Origin: an uncultured Gammaproteobacteria bacterium
GTDB taxonomy: Bacteria; Patescibacteriota; Microgenomatia; UBA1406; HO2-37-13b
NCBI GenBank assembly: GCA_964413645.1
Contig: CAYPSA010000001.1
Span: forward strand, 159,129-223,128
Direction of reading: 5' to 3'
Length of the DNA stretch: 64,000 nucleotides
Shown here: in pieces, positions 40,567-51,003 of the stretch
Layout of the letters: each line of letters opens with the position of its first letter
Position numbering within the stretch: the stretch's first letter is position 1
Position numbers and translations under genes: made by a program
Notes under the pieces: generated by a model
Databases searched by the model: none
Told to the model about the DNA's origin: nothing
The model's input: only the letters and a program-made list of their open reading frames with translations

Positions 40567-42678
40567 ATGGATACGCTGGAATTAATTAAATCAGGATTCA
40601 CTTCACTTAAGGTTGATGATTCATACAAACAAAAGGCACTTTCGTTCATTTCCGATTGGCTTACAAAGCCTGAATTTGTTGAATACGTTCCTCAAATAGA
40701 GTATTTAGCCAAAGATGGAAAATTCGATGAATTGCTTGATTCTTTTTATCAAATAATTCCATTCGGAACGGGTGGACGTCGTGGATTGGTTGGTATTGGA
40801 CCTAATCGAATCAATACATGGACAATTCAGGCATCTGCTCAAGGTCACAGCCAATACTTGATTAAAAAATTTGGTGAAGATGCCAAAACACGCGGAGTTG
40901 TTATTACATACGACGTACGGAAATATTTGAAAGAGGGAATTTACGATTCTTCTATTCCAAACCCGGTGTGGCAATTAAGCTGTAAAGATTTGGCAGAATC
41001 AGCGGCAAAAGTATATGCTGCAAACGGGGTAAAAGTATATTTGTTTACCACATTCTCGTCTACTCCCGAACTCTCATTTGCCGTTCGTCGAGCCAATGCA
41101 GTCGGAGGCGATATGATAAGCGCAAGTCATAATCCACCAGAATTTAATGGAAAAAAAGTCGTCGATGAAACAGGTGGACAATTATTACCTCCGGGCGATC
41201 AAGAACTGGTAGATGTTGTGGTAAATGAGGTAACAGAAATCAAGGTAGCAGATTTTGATGAAGCTGTTAAAAATGGCCTCATTCATTATTTTTCAGGCGC
41301 AGATCACGAGGCATATCTACAGGCAGCTTCCGGAGTGTCGCTTAACAAAGCGTATCGATCAGCAAAAATCCTATTTAGTCCATTTCACGGTACGTCGTCT
41401 CAATCGGTTTACCCCGTTTTACAACGTCTCGGATTTGATGTGACTATGGACGATGAATCAGGCAAGGAAGATGCGGCATTTTCATCAATTACATTCAATA
41501 TTCCAAATCCTGAAGTTCAAGAAGCATATCAGAACCTAATAGGCCCCGCAGATTCAATTGGCGCAGACATTATTTTAACTACAGACCCCGATGGCGATCG
41601 TATTGGGCTCATGACCAAAGAAGGTGATGGTTGGCATTTTTTCAATGGAAACGAAATTATGGCAATTGTGGTCGGATACATGCTTTCAGAACTTAAAAAT
41701 GAAGGCAAATTAAAGCCAAGCAATGTTATTGTTAAAACACTCGTCACCTCAAATCTCATAACCGCCATAGCTAAAAAATACGACGTGCAAGTCATCGGAG
41801 ACTTGCTAGTTGGCATAAAATATATTGCCTACGAAATGAACAAGCTTGAAAAAGAGGGTCGAATTAGCGACTTTTTGCTAGGTGGAGAAGAAAGTCATGG
41901 CATGGTAAGCGGCAATTACGTGCGTGATAAAGATTCATGTGTTGCAGCAATTCTACTGTCGGAAGCTGCAAGTATGTGTAAAGATCGGGGTATCACACTT
42001 CCGACATATCTAAAAGAAATATATGCCACGTTTGGATATTTTAGAAACTATCTCACAGAAATCCGACTTCCTGGTGCAGAAGGAATGACAAACATGGCAA
42101 AAATACAATCGATATTACGAGCAGATAAACCTAAAATGTTTGGCACGTTTGAAATCGCATCAATGCGCGATATGTGGGACGGTGAGCCATTTTTGTCTGA
42201 AACAGACAAAGTTTCTCGAAACATGCTTGTTTATATGTTAAAGCCAAAAGATCCAGAAACCGTTCATATTCAAGTAACTATTCGACCATCAGGCACAGAA
42301 CCTAAAACAAAAATGTATGTTGAGATCGGTAGAAAGCCAGTTTCTATAGAAAATATTAGCAGTGATATGGCTGCTGCCGATGTTGTTCGTGGAGAAGTAG
42401 AAAAAGCAGTCATAATTGACCTATATAAGATTCTCGGCATTGATTTCCCTGAGCGTGGATTTTTATTGTTTTGGCAACTATCAGCAACCGATAAATTAAA
42501 ATATTTTGATATTGAACCACAAATTGAAGCCTTAAGCTCAGTAACAGATACTAAAGAACGTCAACAAAAACTCGATGAATTACTCAAGTTCCTAGGATCA
42601 AACCCTGTACAAAAAGTAGATAAAGCATTTGAAAAGAAGAACGGCAAGGGAATTAGAGCATATCTACAGCTTACTTAA
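40567..42678 (+). CDS. alpha-D-phosphohexomutase family protein (phosphoglucomutase/phosphomannomutase) with extra N- and C-terminal regions
   Basis: Active-site SASHNPPEFNGKK and a metal-binding loop DPDGDR. Confidence 0.8.
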   Translation: MDTLELIKSGFTSLKVDDSYKQKALSFISDWLTKPEFVEYVPQIEYLAKDGKFDELLDSFYQIIPFGTGGRRGLVGIGPNRINTWTIQASAQGHSQYLIKKFGEDAKTRGVVITYDVRKYLKEGIYDSSIPNPVWQLSCKDLAESAAKVYAANGVKVYLFTTFSSTPELSFAVRRANAVGGDMISASHNPPEFNGKKVVDETGGQLLPPGDQELVDVVVNEVTEIKVADFDEAVKNGLIHYFSGADHEAYLQAASGVSLNKAYRSAKILFSPFHGTSSQSVYPVLQRLGFDVTMDDESGKEDAAFSSITFNIPNPEVQEAYQNLIGPADSIGADIILTTDPDGDRIGLMTKEGDGWHFFNGNEIMAIVVGYMLSELKNEGKLKPSNVIVKTLVTSNLITAIAKKYDVQVIGDLLVGIKYIAYEMNKLEKEGRISDFLLGGEESHGMVSGNYVRDKDSCVAAILLSEAASMCKDRGITLPTYLKEIYATFGYFRNYLTEIRLPGAEGMTNMAKIQSILRADKPKMFGTFEIASMRDMWDGEPFLSETDKVSRNMLVYMLKPKDPETVHIQVTIRPSGTEPKTKMYVEIGRKPVSIENISSDMAAADVVRGEVEKAVIIDLYKILGIDFPERGFLLFWQLSATDKLKYFDIEPQIEALSSVTDTKERQQKLDELLKFLGSNPVQKVDKAFEKKNGKGIRAYLQLT

Positions 42679-42681
42679 CGT

Positions 42682-43458
42682 ATGGACATCTCCAGCGCGC
42701 AACTTAAAACGATTGAGGATCAATGCGCGCCTATAATTCGTGAAGCAGGAAATAAAATTCGTGAAAGTTGGTACTCTATTCAGGATATACAGTATAAAAG
42801 TACTCGAGACCCGGTAACGGAAGTCGATCGAGCAGTTGAGGATTTTATCCGTAGTAAAATTCATGACCTTGTCCCTGGGGCAGGGTTTCTAGTTGAAGAG
42901 GGCACATCTGATAAGCATGAAGAATATAACTGGTCAATTGATCCCATTGATGGAACTAAATATTTTGTTCATCAAGCACCTCTTTTTGTAACGCAACTTG
43001 CTCTTCTAAAAGACGATGTACCCATTTTAGGAATTGTTTATAATCCCATTTCTGATCAGCTATTTAGCGCAAGTCAAGGGAATGGAGCAAATATGAATAG
43101 GAGCCAACTTAAGGTTGTACAGCGCATCTCATTAAATGACGCCATTGTTGATGTTGACTTTGGAGGTATAGTACCCGAAATAGCTATTAAAAACCGTATT
43201 TTTGCTACATTCTCGCAGGAATGCAATAGAATCCGTATGTTAGGGGGAGCATTTAGTATATATGCCGCAAACGGTGCGATTGATATATGTTTAGGATTTA
43301 ATCATAGTAAACTTTTCGATCGGGCGCCTCGCGACATAATTTTACGCGAAGCTGGTATGACTGTTGACTATTTGGAAAAGGAAGGATATACTGGAATTCG
43401 TCTTGCTGCTACACCGGTATTATTTGAATTAGCAGCTCAATTAATTAAATCGGCATGA
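42682..43458 (+). CDS. inositol monophosphatase family protein
   Basis: WSIDPIDGT is an IMPase motif. Confidence 0.8.
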   Translation: MDISSAQLKTIEDQCAPIIREAGNKIRESWYSIQDIQYKSTRDPVTEVDRAVEDFIRSKIHDLVPGAGFLVEEGTSDKHEEYNWSIDPIDGTKYFVHQAPLFVTQLALLKDDVPILGIVYNPISDQLFSASQGNGANMNRSQLKVVQRISLNDAIVDVDFGGIVPEIAIKNRIFATFSQECNRIRMLGGAFSIYAANGAIDICLGFNHSKLFDRAPRDIILREAGMTVDYLEKEGYTGIRLAATPVLFELAAQLIKSA

Positions 43459-44513
43459 CACTCGACGATAAAGCATATATTCAAAAGATAGATTCTGCCA
43501 ATATGATTGGCTCTATTGAACTGCTTGGAAAGCAGATTCAACAAACATGGGATGAAGTAAGCGCACTACCGTTATCAGATTCGTTTAAAGAAATAAAGAA
43601 CATTGTTTTTGCGGGAATGGGAGGATCGGCACTTGGGGCTCATATATTCAAGAACTTGTATGCATCGAGTATTTCCGTTCCTTTTGAAATAGTTAGCGAC
43701 TACAAGCTTCCTTCTTACGTAAATGCAAGCACATTGGTTGTCACTGGAAGCTATTCGGGGACTACTGAAGAAGTATTGAGTTGCTTTGACCAGGCCATTA
43801 CAAAAACGAAAAAAATCATCGTAATTTCTGCTGGAGGACCTTTGGAAGAACGCGCCCATGAAAATAGTATTCCATTTTATAAAATCGATCCCAAGTTTAA
43901 CCCCTGCAATCAGCCACGTATGGGAATTGGGTATTCTATATTTGCACTGCTTACTTTTTTACATACTTTAGGCATAATAACAATTAGTGCTGAAGAGCTC
44001 GCCCAAATCGATGACCTAATTCAAAAAAATAATAGTCAGTTTGGCCTTGCTGCTAATTCAGAAATAAATGTAGCAAAGCAAATTGCTTTTGTTTCACATG
44101 AACAAGTTCCCATACTTATTGCTGGTGAACACTTGGTTGGAGCAATTCATGCTTCTCGTAATCAGATTAACGAGAATGCAAAGTCACTTGCGTTCTACTT
44201 TCCCATTCCTGAACTCAATCATCATCTATTAGAAGGATTAAAATTTCCCACAAGCAACAATGACCACTATGTCCTAATTCATTCCAACGAATACTCTCCA
44301 AAAATCGTGAAACGCATGGAAATTACAAAGGAAGTTTTACAAAAGAGTGGTCACGAAATTACAGAAGTTACTGCTCAAGGAAATTCCAAACTTGCCCAAG
44401 CTATTCAAACTGTGCATTTTGGTTCGTATATCGGATACTACTTAAGCATGTTGTATGGAATCGATCCATCTCCTATTCCAAATGTAGAAAGCTTCAAAAA
44501 GGAACTCGTTTAG
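43455..44513 (+). CDS. bifunctional phosphoglucose/phosphomannose isomerase (SIS-domain, PGI/PMI family)
   Basis: IVFAGMGGSALGAHIF and VVTGSYSGTTEE are SIS motifs. The length and family match archaeal-type PGI/PMI. Confidence 0.7.
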   Translation: MTLDDKAYIQKIDSANMIGSIELLGKQIQQTWDEVSALPLSDSFKEIKNIVFAGMGGSALGAHIFKNLYASSISVPFEIVSDYKLPSYVNASTLVVTGSYSGTTEEVLSCFDQAITKTKKIIVISAGGPLEERAHENSIPFYKIDPKFNPCNQPRMGIGYSIFALLTFLHTLGIITISAEELAQIDDLIQKNNSQFGLAANSEINVAKQIAFVSHEQVPILIAGEHLVGAIHASRNQINENAKSLAFYFPIPELNHHLLEGLKFPTSNNDHYVLIHSNEYSPKIVKRMEITKEVLQKSGHEITEVTAQGNSKLAQAIQTVHFGSYIGYYLSMLYGIDPSPIPNVESFKKELV

Positions 44514-44562
44514 TGATCCGCTAGTTGATTTTACTCCGCCATTTTCTGTACACTAAATATAG

Positions 44563-44664
44563 TCATCCTGAATCCGCAATAGGCGGATGAAGGATCTCGG
44601 TGTGCAAAACACCCAGATTCTTCGTTACCTGCCTGCCGCCAGGCATGGCACTCAGAATGACATA
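44563..44664 (+). mobile_element. full-length ~100-bp MITE-like element with inverted termini GTCATCCTGA...TCAGAATGAC
   Basis: gtcatcctgaatccgcaataggcggatgaaggatctcgg ... ttacctgcctgccgccaggcatggcactcagaatgacat, with an internal hairpin and GC palindrome. The terminal ATGAC supplies the ppsA start codon. Confidence 0.8.
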
Positions 44665-46999
44665 TTATATGCCTAATCAATACATCAAATGGTTCTCCCA
44701 AATCGACAAGCATGACGTTGCTATCGTGGGTGGAAAAGGTGCGAATTTGGGCGAAATGTTTCAAGCAGGTTTTCCTGTGCCATATGGATTTGTTGTAACT
44801 GCCCAAAGCTTTTTTTACTTCATAGAACAGAACAATTTGGAAGCAAAAATATTGCACATGCTCTCGACACTTAACTACGAGAACCCCAAGGAACTTTCCG
44901 ATGTTTCAGGAGATATTCGGAAACTTATTTTAAAAAGTCCTATTCCCAACAAACTAATCAGTGAAATTTTAGACCATTATGAACGACTCGAAATCGAGGA
45001 GTCTAAGCAGTATAAAAATAGGTCGGGAATTTCACAAGTACTAACTCGTCTTAAACATGTATATGATGCGCCATTGGTAGCCGTTCGATCATCTGCTACC
45101 GCAGAAGATTTGCCCGACGCATCGTTTGCAGGACAACAAGAAACATACTTAAACGTAAAAGGAGAGAACCATTTAATCCATAAAATACGAGAGGCATGGG
45201 CTTCTCTTTACACAGAAAGGGCTTGTTATTATCGTCATGCTCAAAAGTACGATCATATCCGAGTAGGTTTAGCCGCAGTAGTTCAACGCATGGTACAATC
45301 GGAAAAATCGGGAATAGCCTTTTCAATTGACCCTGTAACAAATAATAAATCAGTTATTACAATCGAGGCAATCTATGGTTTGGGGGAATACATTGTGCAA
45401 GGGCAGGTAACTCCTGACCACTACGAAGTCGATAAAAAATCATTCTCAATTATTAAGAATCAAATTAAAATACAAAAGGTTAAATTTGTTAAGAAGGGTG
45501 TTGAAAACGTTGAACTTGCTGTTTCAAAAAGTGATGGCGAAAAACAGAAAATAACCGATGAACAAATAATTGATTTAGCAAAAATAGTTGCCAACATTGA
45601 AAAGCACTATTTTTTTCCACAAGACATTGAATGGGCAATAGAAGGCAATTCAATTTACATAGTCCAATCACGTCCAATCACAACAATGAATGAGCATGTC
45701 GCTCAAAATACATCCACATCTCCAAATCAGCGATTACTTGTCAAAGGCGATCCAGCCTCCCCAGGAATTCGATCTGGTAGACCTGTCGTAATAAATTCTC
45801 CAAAAGAAATAGACAAAATCAAAAAAGGCGATGTATTAGTTGCAATGCACACAAATCCCGATTATGTGCCGGCTATGAAAAAAGCAGCGGGAATTATTAC
45901 TGAAACAGGAGGCCGAACAAGTCATGCGGCAATTGTTTCCCGTGAGCTTGGAGTACCAGCTGTAGTAGGCGCAGAAAATGCCACATCACTTTTGCGACAT
46001 GAAAAATTTGTTACCGTTAACGGGGGAACCGGAGAAGTGTTTCGTGGAAATGTACTCATTTCTGATAAGCAGACAGATGAAGAAGAGCACCCCAAGGTGC
46101 AACACCACACTCTTACTCATGTATACGTAAATATGGCTGAAGCTGATCAAGCTCACAAAGTAGCACAAATGCATGTAGATGGCGTTGGTTTGCTCCGTGC
46201 AGAATTTATGATTGCCGATATGGGTACTCATCCAAAAGTTTATGTGCAAGAAGGACGAGAGAAAGAATTTATTAATAAACTCGCGGCTAAATTAACTATT
46301 TTTGCAAAGGAATTTTCACCTCGACCAGTCGTGTACCGTGCTACTGACTTTAAGACAAATGAGTATAAGAATTTAAAAGGCGGAGCTCAGTTCGAACAGC
46401 ATGAGGAAAATCCAATGATAGGTTTTCGAGGCGCAAGTAGATATTTGGCCGACAAAAAAGTATTCGCAATGGAACTTGATGCAATTAAAAAGGTTCGTGA
46501 TGCAGGATATAAAAATGTTAACCTTATGATCCCATTTGTACGTAATCCGCAAGAAATTCGAGATATAAAACAGTTCCTAAGCGACCAGGGCTTTGACGAT
46601 CTACCGTCATTTAAATTATGGGCAATGATCGAAGTTCCAAGTGCAGTAATTATGCTTGATGAAATTCTGGATGCAGGAATCGATGGTATTTCTGTGGGGA
46701 CCAATGATTTGACCATGCTTCTTATGGGCGTTGATCGCGATAATCAAGAAATTGCCTACCTATACGATGAAAGAAGCCCAGCAGTGCTGTGGGCACTTGA
46801 AAAAATTGTTAAAACAGCCCGCAAACACGGCGTCACCGTTTCCGTATGCGGCCAGGCACCTTCCGATTACCCAGAACTTGTTGAGAAACTCGTTGGATGG
46901 GGAGTCACCAGTTTATCGTTGAATCCGGATGCAGTAGATAGAACCAGAGAATTGATTTTTAATGAAGAGAAAAAAATGAAAAGAACAGACGGGCGATGA
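44657..46999 (+). CDS. ppsA: phosphoenolpyruvate synthase (pyruvate, water dikinase)
   Basis: Phospho-His domain GGRTSHAAIVSRELGVPAVVG and a PEP-utilizing C-terminal TIM barrel. The start is set at MTYYMPNQ. Confidence 0.85.
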   Translation: MTYYMPNQYIKWFSQIDKHDVAIVGGKGANLGEMFQAGFPVPYGFVVTAQSFFYFIEQNNLEAKILHMLSTLNYENPKELSDVSGDIRKLILKSPIPNKLISEILDHYERLEIEESKQYKNRSGISQVLTRLKHVYDAPLVAVRSSATAEDLPDASFAGQQETYLNVKGENHLIHKIREAWASLYTERACYYRHAQKYDHIRVGLAAVVQRMVQSEKSGIAFSIDPVTNNKSVITIEAIYGLGEYIVQGQVTPDHYEVDKKSFSIIKNQIKIQKVKFVKKGVENVELAVSKSDGEKQKITDEQIIDLAKIVANIEKHYFFPQDIEWAIEGNSIYIVQSRPITTMNEHVAQNTSTSPNQRLLVKGDPASPGIRSGRPVVINSPKEIDKIKKGDVLVAMHTNPDYVPAMKKAAGIITETGGRTSHAAIVSRELGVPAVVGAENATSLLRHEKFVTVNGGTGEVFRGNVLISDKQTDEEEHPKVQHHTLTHVYVNMAEADQAHKVAQMHVDGVGLLRAEFMIADMGTHPKVYVQEGREKEFINKLAAKLTIFAKEFSPRPVVYRATDFKTNEYKNLKGGAQFEQHEENPMIGFRGASRYLADKKVFAMELDAIKKVRDAGYKNVNLMIPFVRNPQEIRDIKQFLSDQGFDDLPSFKLWAMIEVPSAVIMLDEILDAGIDGISVGTNDLTMLLMGVDRDNQEIAYLYDERSPAVLWALEKIVKTARKHGVTVSVCGQAPSDYPELVEKLVGWGVTSLSLNPDAVDRTRELIFNEEKKMKRTDGR

Positions 47000-47086
47000 T
47001 ACCCGTTTTGCGAAGTCAATTGGGGCCCCTGAGGGGTGAATTGCGAGCAAAATGCGGTATCGAGCGAGTCTGTTCTTCAATAATAT

Positions 47087-48358
47087 ATGTCAACAATAAA
47101 ACAAATCACTGCACGAGAAATTCTCGATTCCCGAGGGTATCCTACGCTTGAAGCCACACTTCTGATGGATACGGGCGAGTCGGTTTTTGCGCAGGCTCCT
47201 TCTGGCGAATCGTTGGGAAAATTCGAAGGCACCGAACTTCGTGACCGCACCGAATCCCGATATGCTGGCATGGGAGTATTACGAGCAGCTTCCTACATTT
47301 CCGATCTCATTGGTCCAAAATTAATTGGCGTTGATGTAACTCGTCAGGCAGATATTGATGCATGGCTACTAAAAGCTGACGGCAGTAAAGATTCATCTAA
47401 GCTCGGTGTTAATACCATCATGACAATTTCGCAGCTTGTTCTAAAAGCAGCGGCAGCTGCACATAAGCAACCAATATATCGCTATTTTAATTCTTTGTAT
47501 AATAGCCAATTTGAAGAAAAAATCACGCTTGAAAAAATGCCCGCTCCGGTAATAAACATGATAAATGGTGGTAAGCATGGTACCAAAAACCTAGAATTTC
47601 AGGAGTTTCATATCATCCCTTCAACGTCACTTTCATTTGCAAAAGCACTTGAAGTTGGAGCAAGTCTATACCTGGCCGTCAAGAACGTTCTAGAATATCG
47701 AAATGCAGGAATTTCTGTTTCCGAAGAGGGTGGTTTTACTCCCAACTTACTCACCAATAGTGATGCTTTAGAAGTTATGCGCGAAACAGTTATTTCCCAA
47801 AAGATGAATTTAGGCGTAGATGTATTTTTTGGACTCGATTGCGCACCGTCATTTTATTACAAAAAGGGAAAATATGTAGTTAAAGATATGCCGCAACCGC
47901 TTTCAGTCGACGAATATGTAAATTTTATTGTTGAACTTGTCAATAAATATACTATTTTATTCCTAGAAGATCCTATCGACGAAGAAGATTATGATGGCTG
48001 GAAAAAAATCATGGAAAGAACGGGAGAAAAAACATATGTTGTAGGAGACGATTTCGTAGCAGGTAATCACGAACGGCTTACTAAGGCTATCAAAGAGAAC
48101 GCGTGCAACAGTATACTAGTCAAATTCAATCAGGTTCCTACAATCACCGACATTCTCACCTACGTCAATACAATAAAAAAAGCAGGTCACAAAGTTATTT
48201 TCTCTCATCGACTAGGGGAAACTACCGATACGATTATTGCCGACCTTGCCGTTGCTATTCAAGCGGATTTTGTAAAATTTGGTGCGCCGGTACGTGGTGA
48301 ACGCGTAGCAAAATACAATCGACTGCTAGCAATTGAAAAAGAGCTTACAAACAAGTAG
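47087..48358 (+). CDS. eno: enolase
   Basis: MSTIKQITAREILDSRGYPTLEA and SHRLGETTD. Confidence 0.95.
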   Translation: MSTIKQITAREILDSRGYPTLEATLLMDTGESVFAQAPSGESLGKFEGTELRDRTESRYAGMGVLRAASYISDLIGPKLIGVDVTRQADIDAWLLKADGSKDSSKLGVNTIMTISQLVLKAAAAAHKQPIYRYFNSLYNSQFEEKITLEKMPAPVINMINGGKHGTKNLEFQEFHIIPSTSLSFAKALEVGASLYLAVKNVLEYRNAGISVSEEGGFTPNLLTNSDALEVMRETVISQKMNLGVDVFFGLDCAPSFYYKKGKYVVKDMPQPLSVDEYVNFIVELVNKYTILFLEDPIDEEDYDGWKKIMERTGEKTYVVGDDFVAGNHERLTKAIKENACNSILVKFNQVPTITDILTYVNTIKKAGHKVIFSHRLGETTDTIIADLAVAIQADFVKFGAPVRGERVAKYNRLLAIEKELTNK

Positions 48359-48369
48359 AATGACTCTGT

Positions 48370-50001
48370 ATGACACCTGTAATATTGATAGTGCTTGATG
48401 GTTTTGGAGTAGCTCCTGCAGGCCCAGGAAATCCCGTTTCAGCAGCTACTATTACGCATATCGACTCTTTCCTGCGTATGTATCCAACAACGCAACTTAA
48501 GGCATCTGGCGAGTCTGTAGGACTTCCAGCAACAGAACCCGGGAACACGGAAGTCGGCCATCTAAACATGGGAGCAGGAAGAGTTATTTACCAAAGTCTG
48601 CCCCGGATAAATTTAGCAATTGGAGATGGATCATTTAATACAAACGAGGTTTTTTTAAAAGCTTTAGATGGGGTAAAAAAATCTGGTAAAAATCTTCATA
48701 TACTGGGTCTGGTGGGTGCGGGTACAGTCCATGCAAGTATTGATCATTTATTCGCGCTCTTAGCACTTTGTCAAAAACAAGATGTCCAAAATGTCTTTAT
48801 TCATCCAATAACTGATGGTCGAGATTCACCTCCCCAATCGGCTCAAACATTCCTTGAACAAATTGATTCGAAATGTAAGGAATATGGACGAGGTAAGATA
48901 GCATCAATAAGCGGACGCTACTACGCAATGGACCGCGATAAACGATGGGACCGAATTGAGAAAGCATATAACTGTTACACACAAGGAGTCGGAGAAAAAG
49001 CTGCAACGTGGCAAGATGCAATAAAACAATCGTATGACAGTAAAGCTACTGATGAGTTTATTTTACCAACGAATATTATTGAAAACGGGCAACCGGTCGC
49101 ACTAGTAAAAGAAGGAGATGTAGTGATTTTCTTTAATTACCGTATTGATCGACCTCGTGAACTTACTCGAGCATTTACCCTTGAAAATTTTGAGGAACAA
49201 GCTAATAAAATCACGTCATACGATCCTTTCGCTACAAAGTATTTTAAAAAACACGTAGACGTTAACGAGCAAATTATCCAACCGCCATTTAAACGAGGTC
49301 CCCGAATTCCTAATTTGACATTTATTACCATGGTAGAATATGAAAAAGATGTTCCTGTCCAGGTTGCATTTCCACCACACGGTGTTGCAATGCCACTGGG
49401 AAGAGTTTTATCAGATCATCAAATACCACAATTACGAATTTCTGAGAGTGAAAAAGAGCGTTTCGTAACGTTCTATTTCAATGGATTACGCGAAGGAGCA
49501 TTTCCACTGGAAGATCATCTGATCGTACCATCTCCAAAAGTTCCAATGTATAACCAAAAACCGGAAATGTCGGCATATGAAATTACAGATATTCTTGTAA
49601 AAAAAATCCACGAAAAAAAATATCAGTTTATCTTAGTTAATTACGCCAATCCCGATATGGTCGGCCATACTGGCGACATTACTGCCTGCATAAAGGCTAT
49701 TAGCACCATCGATGACTGTTTAGGAAAAGTTGTTGATGCAGCTCTGCAAAGCGATTATGCAGTGCTTATTACAGCCGATCACGGAAATGTAGAAGAGAAA
49801 CTCAACAAAGTTACGGGTGAAATGTCAACAGAGCACACGAGTAACCCTGTCCCATTTCTTGCAATAAGTAACAAATTGAAAGGCAAGCCAGTACGTCTTC
49901 AATCGGGAATTTTGGCTGATGTAGCGCCTACAGTATTATCGCTTCTTGGAGTATCGGTACCTCGCGACATGATGGGAAGAAACCTCTTAGAGGAAATCTA
50001 A
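48370..50001 (+). CDS. gpmI: 2,3-bisphosphoglycerate-independent phosphoglycerate mutase
   Basis: MTPVILIVLDGFGVAP and ADHGN are iPGM motifs. Confidence 0.9.
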   Translation: MTPVILIVLDGFGVAPAGPGNPVSAATITHIDSFLRMYPTTQLKASGESVGLPATEPGNTEVGHLNMGAGRVIYQSLPRINLAIGDGSFNTNEVFLKALDGVKKSGKNLHILGLVGAGTVHASIDHLFALLALCQKQDVQNVFIHPITDGRDSPPQSAQTFLEQIDSKCKEYGRGKIASISGRYYAMDRDKRWDRIEKAYNCYTQGVGEKAATWQDAIKQSYDSKATDEFILPTNIIENGQPVALVKEGDVVIFFNYRIDRPRELTRAFTLENFEEQANKITSYDPFATKYFKKHVDVNEQIIQPPFKRGPRIPNLTFITMVEYEKDVPVQVAFPPHGVAMPLGRVLSDHQIPQLRISESEKERFVTFYFNGLREGAFPLEDHLIVPSPKVPMYNQKPEMSAYEITDILVKKIHEKKYQFILVNYANPDMVGHTGDITACIKAISTIDDCLGKVVDAALQSDYAVLITADHGNVEEKLNKVTGEMSTEHTSNPVPFLAISNKLKGKPVRLQSGILADVAPTVLSLLGVSVPRDMMGRNLLEEI

Positions 50002-50029
50002 TAATCTATCCACCTGGAAGATTGCCAAT

Positions 50030-50932
50030 TCAATTTGCTCCGACTTTCTCAATTATTTTATGCGCGTATAAACTTGCAGCTTTCATAGATTCTTCTATCG
50101 ACATTTCTTTCAAATACGCTGAAATAAATCCTGCACAAAATGCATCGCCTGCACCGGTAGTATCTACCACATCAGCTTTCAAAGCAGGTTGGTGATGCAC
50201 TTTACCACTATCATAAACATAACTTCCGTTTGGTCCGTCTGTAATAATTAGAATCTTCTTTTCAAAACCAACAGCTTTGGCGCAATCGCTATTTAAATCA
50301 ATTTTTTCCTTAACTTTCTTAACCAAATCCGCATACTCATGACCATTCATCGCTAAAACTTGTGCAAGATTTAAAAGTGGCGCAATTTTTTCTAATCCTT
50401 CTGCAATTTCCAGTGCTCCAAGCGCGAGTACGATTTTCTTTTGTGCATCTGCAAAATGCGTAAGCAAATTCACGCGCTCTGCAAGCGAGATACCTGGTAA
50501 ACTCCCCATGTATACAGCTTTCGTATTCAACATATTCTTTTTCATTGCATCTGGAATTTCCAGCGTTTCATGCGGCGTTGCATAATGGATAACTGTTTTC
50601 TCTCCGCTCTCAGACAGAAGTATTGAAGAAACATTCATATATCCGGAATCTACTAGCAAAAACTCGGTGGAAACCATTTTCTTGAGCAACTTCTGCAAAA
50701 TAATTTGTTTAAAACTATTTTCTCCAACTTTAGCTAATACCGCTGTGCTTAAGCCTTGATTACTAGCTCCAATAGCAACATTTGCTCCACTTCCACCAAC
50801 ACTTTCATGAAAATAATCGATGGGGTATTTTCCACCAATCGATAAATTGAAATGGCCGTCTTTTGTACTTAATGACTTCCCTTTGAAATATAGATCCATG
50901 ACTACATTCCCAATCGTAATTAGGTCATACAT
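50030..50932 (-). CDS. PfkB-family carbohydrate kinase (ribokinase-like)
   Basis: DTTGAGDAF is the PfkB signature 2; the N-terminus is GG-rich. Confidence 0.8.
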   Translation of the reverse strand: MYDLITIGNVVMDLYFKGKSLSTKDGHFNLSIGGKYPIDYFHESVGGSGANVAIGASNQGLSTAVLAKVGENSFKQIILQKLLKKMVSTEFLLVDSGYMNVSSILLSESGEKTVIHYATPHETLEIPDAMKKNMLNTKAVYMGSLPGISLAERVNLLTHFADAQKKIVLALGALEIAEGLEKIAPLLNLAQVLAMNGHEYADLVKKVKEKIDLNSDCAKAVGFEKKILIITDGPNGSYVYDSGKVHHQPALKADVVDTTGAGDAFCAGFISAYLKEMSIEESMKAASLYAHKIIEKVGAN

Positions 50933-50968
50933 AATTTAAGTATAGTGAAAATGCACTGGAAATTTCAA

Positions 50969-50997
50969 TTGACAAAACACGCGTAGTTAACTACCAT
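50969..50997 (+). promoter_or_regulatory. promoter TTGACA-17-TACCAT, with the ATG 7 nt downstream (leaderless acs)
   Basis: TTGACA at 50969-50974, TACCAT at 50992-50997, ATG at 51004. Confidence 0.45.
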
Positions 50998-51003
50998 GAA
51001 TAT

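Noticed and set aside
44600-44656. N-terminal extension of ppsA (MCKTPRFFVTCLPPGMALR)
   Set aside because: This stretch is encoded by the MITE-like element. Orthologous PpsA proteins start near MTYYMP.
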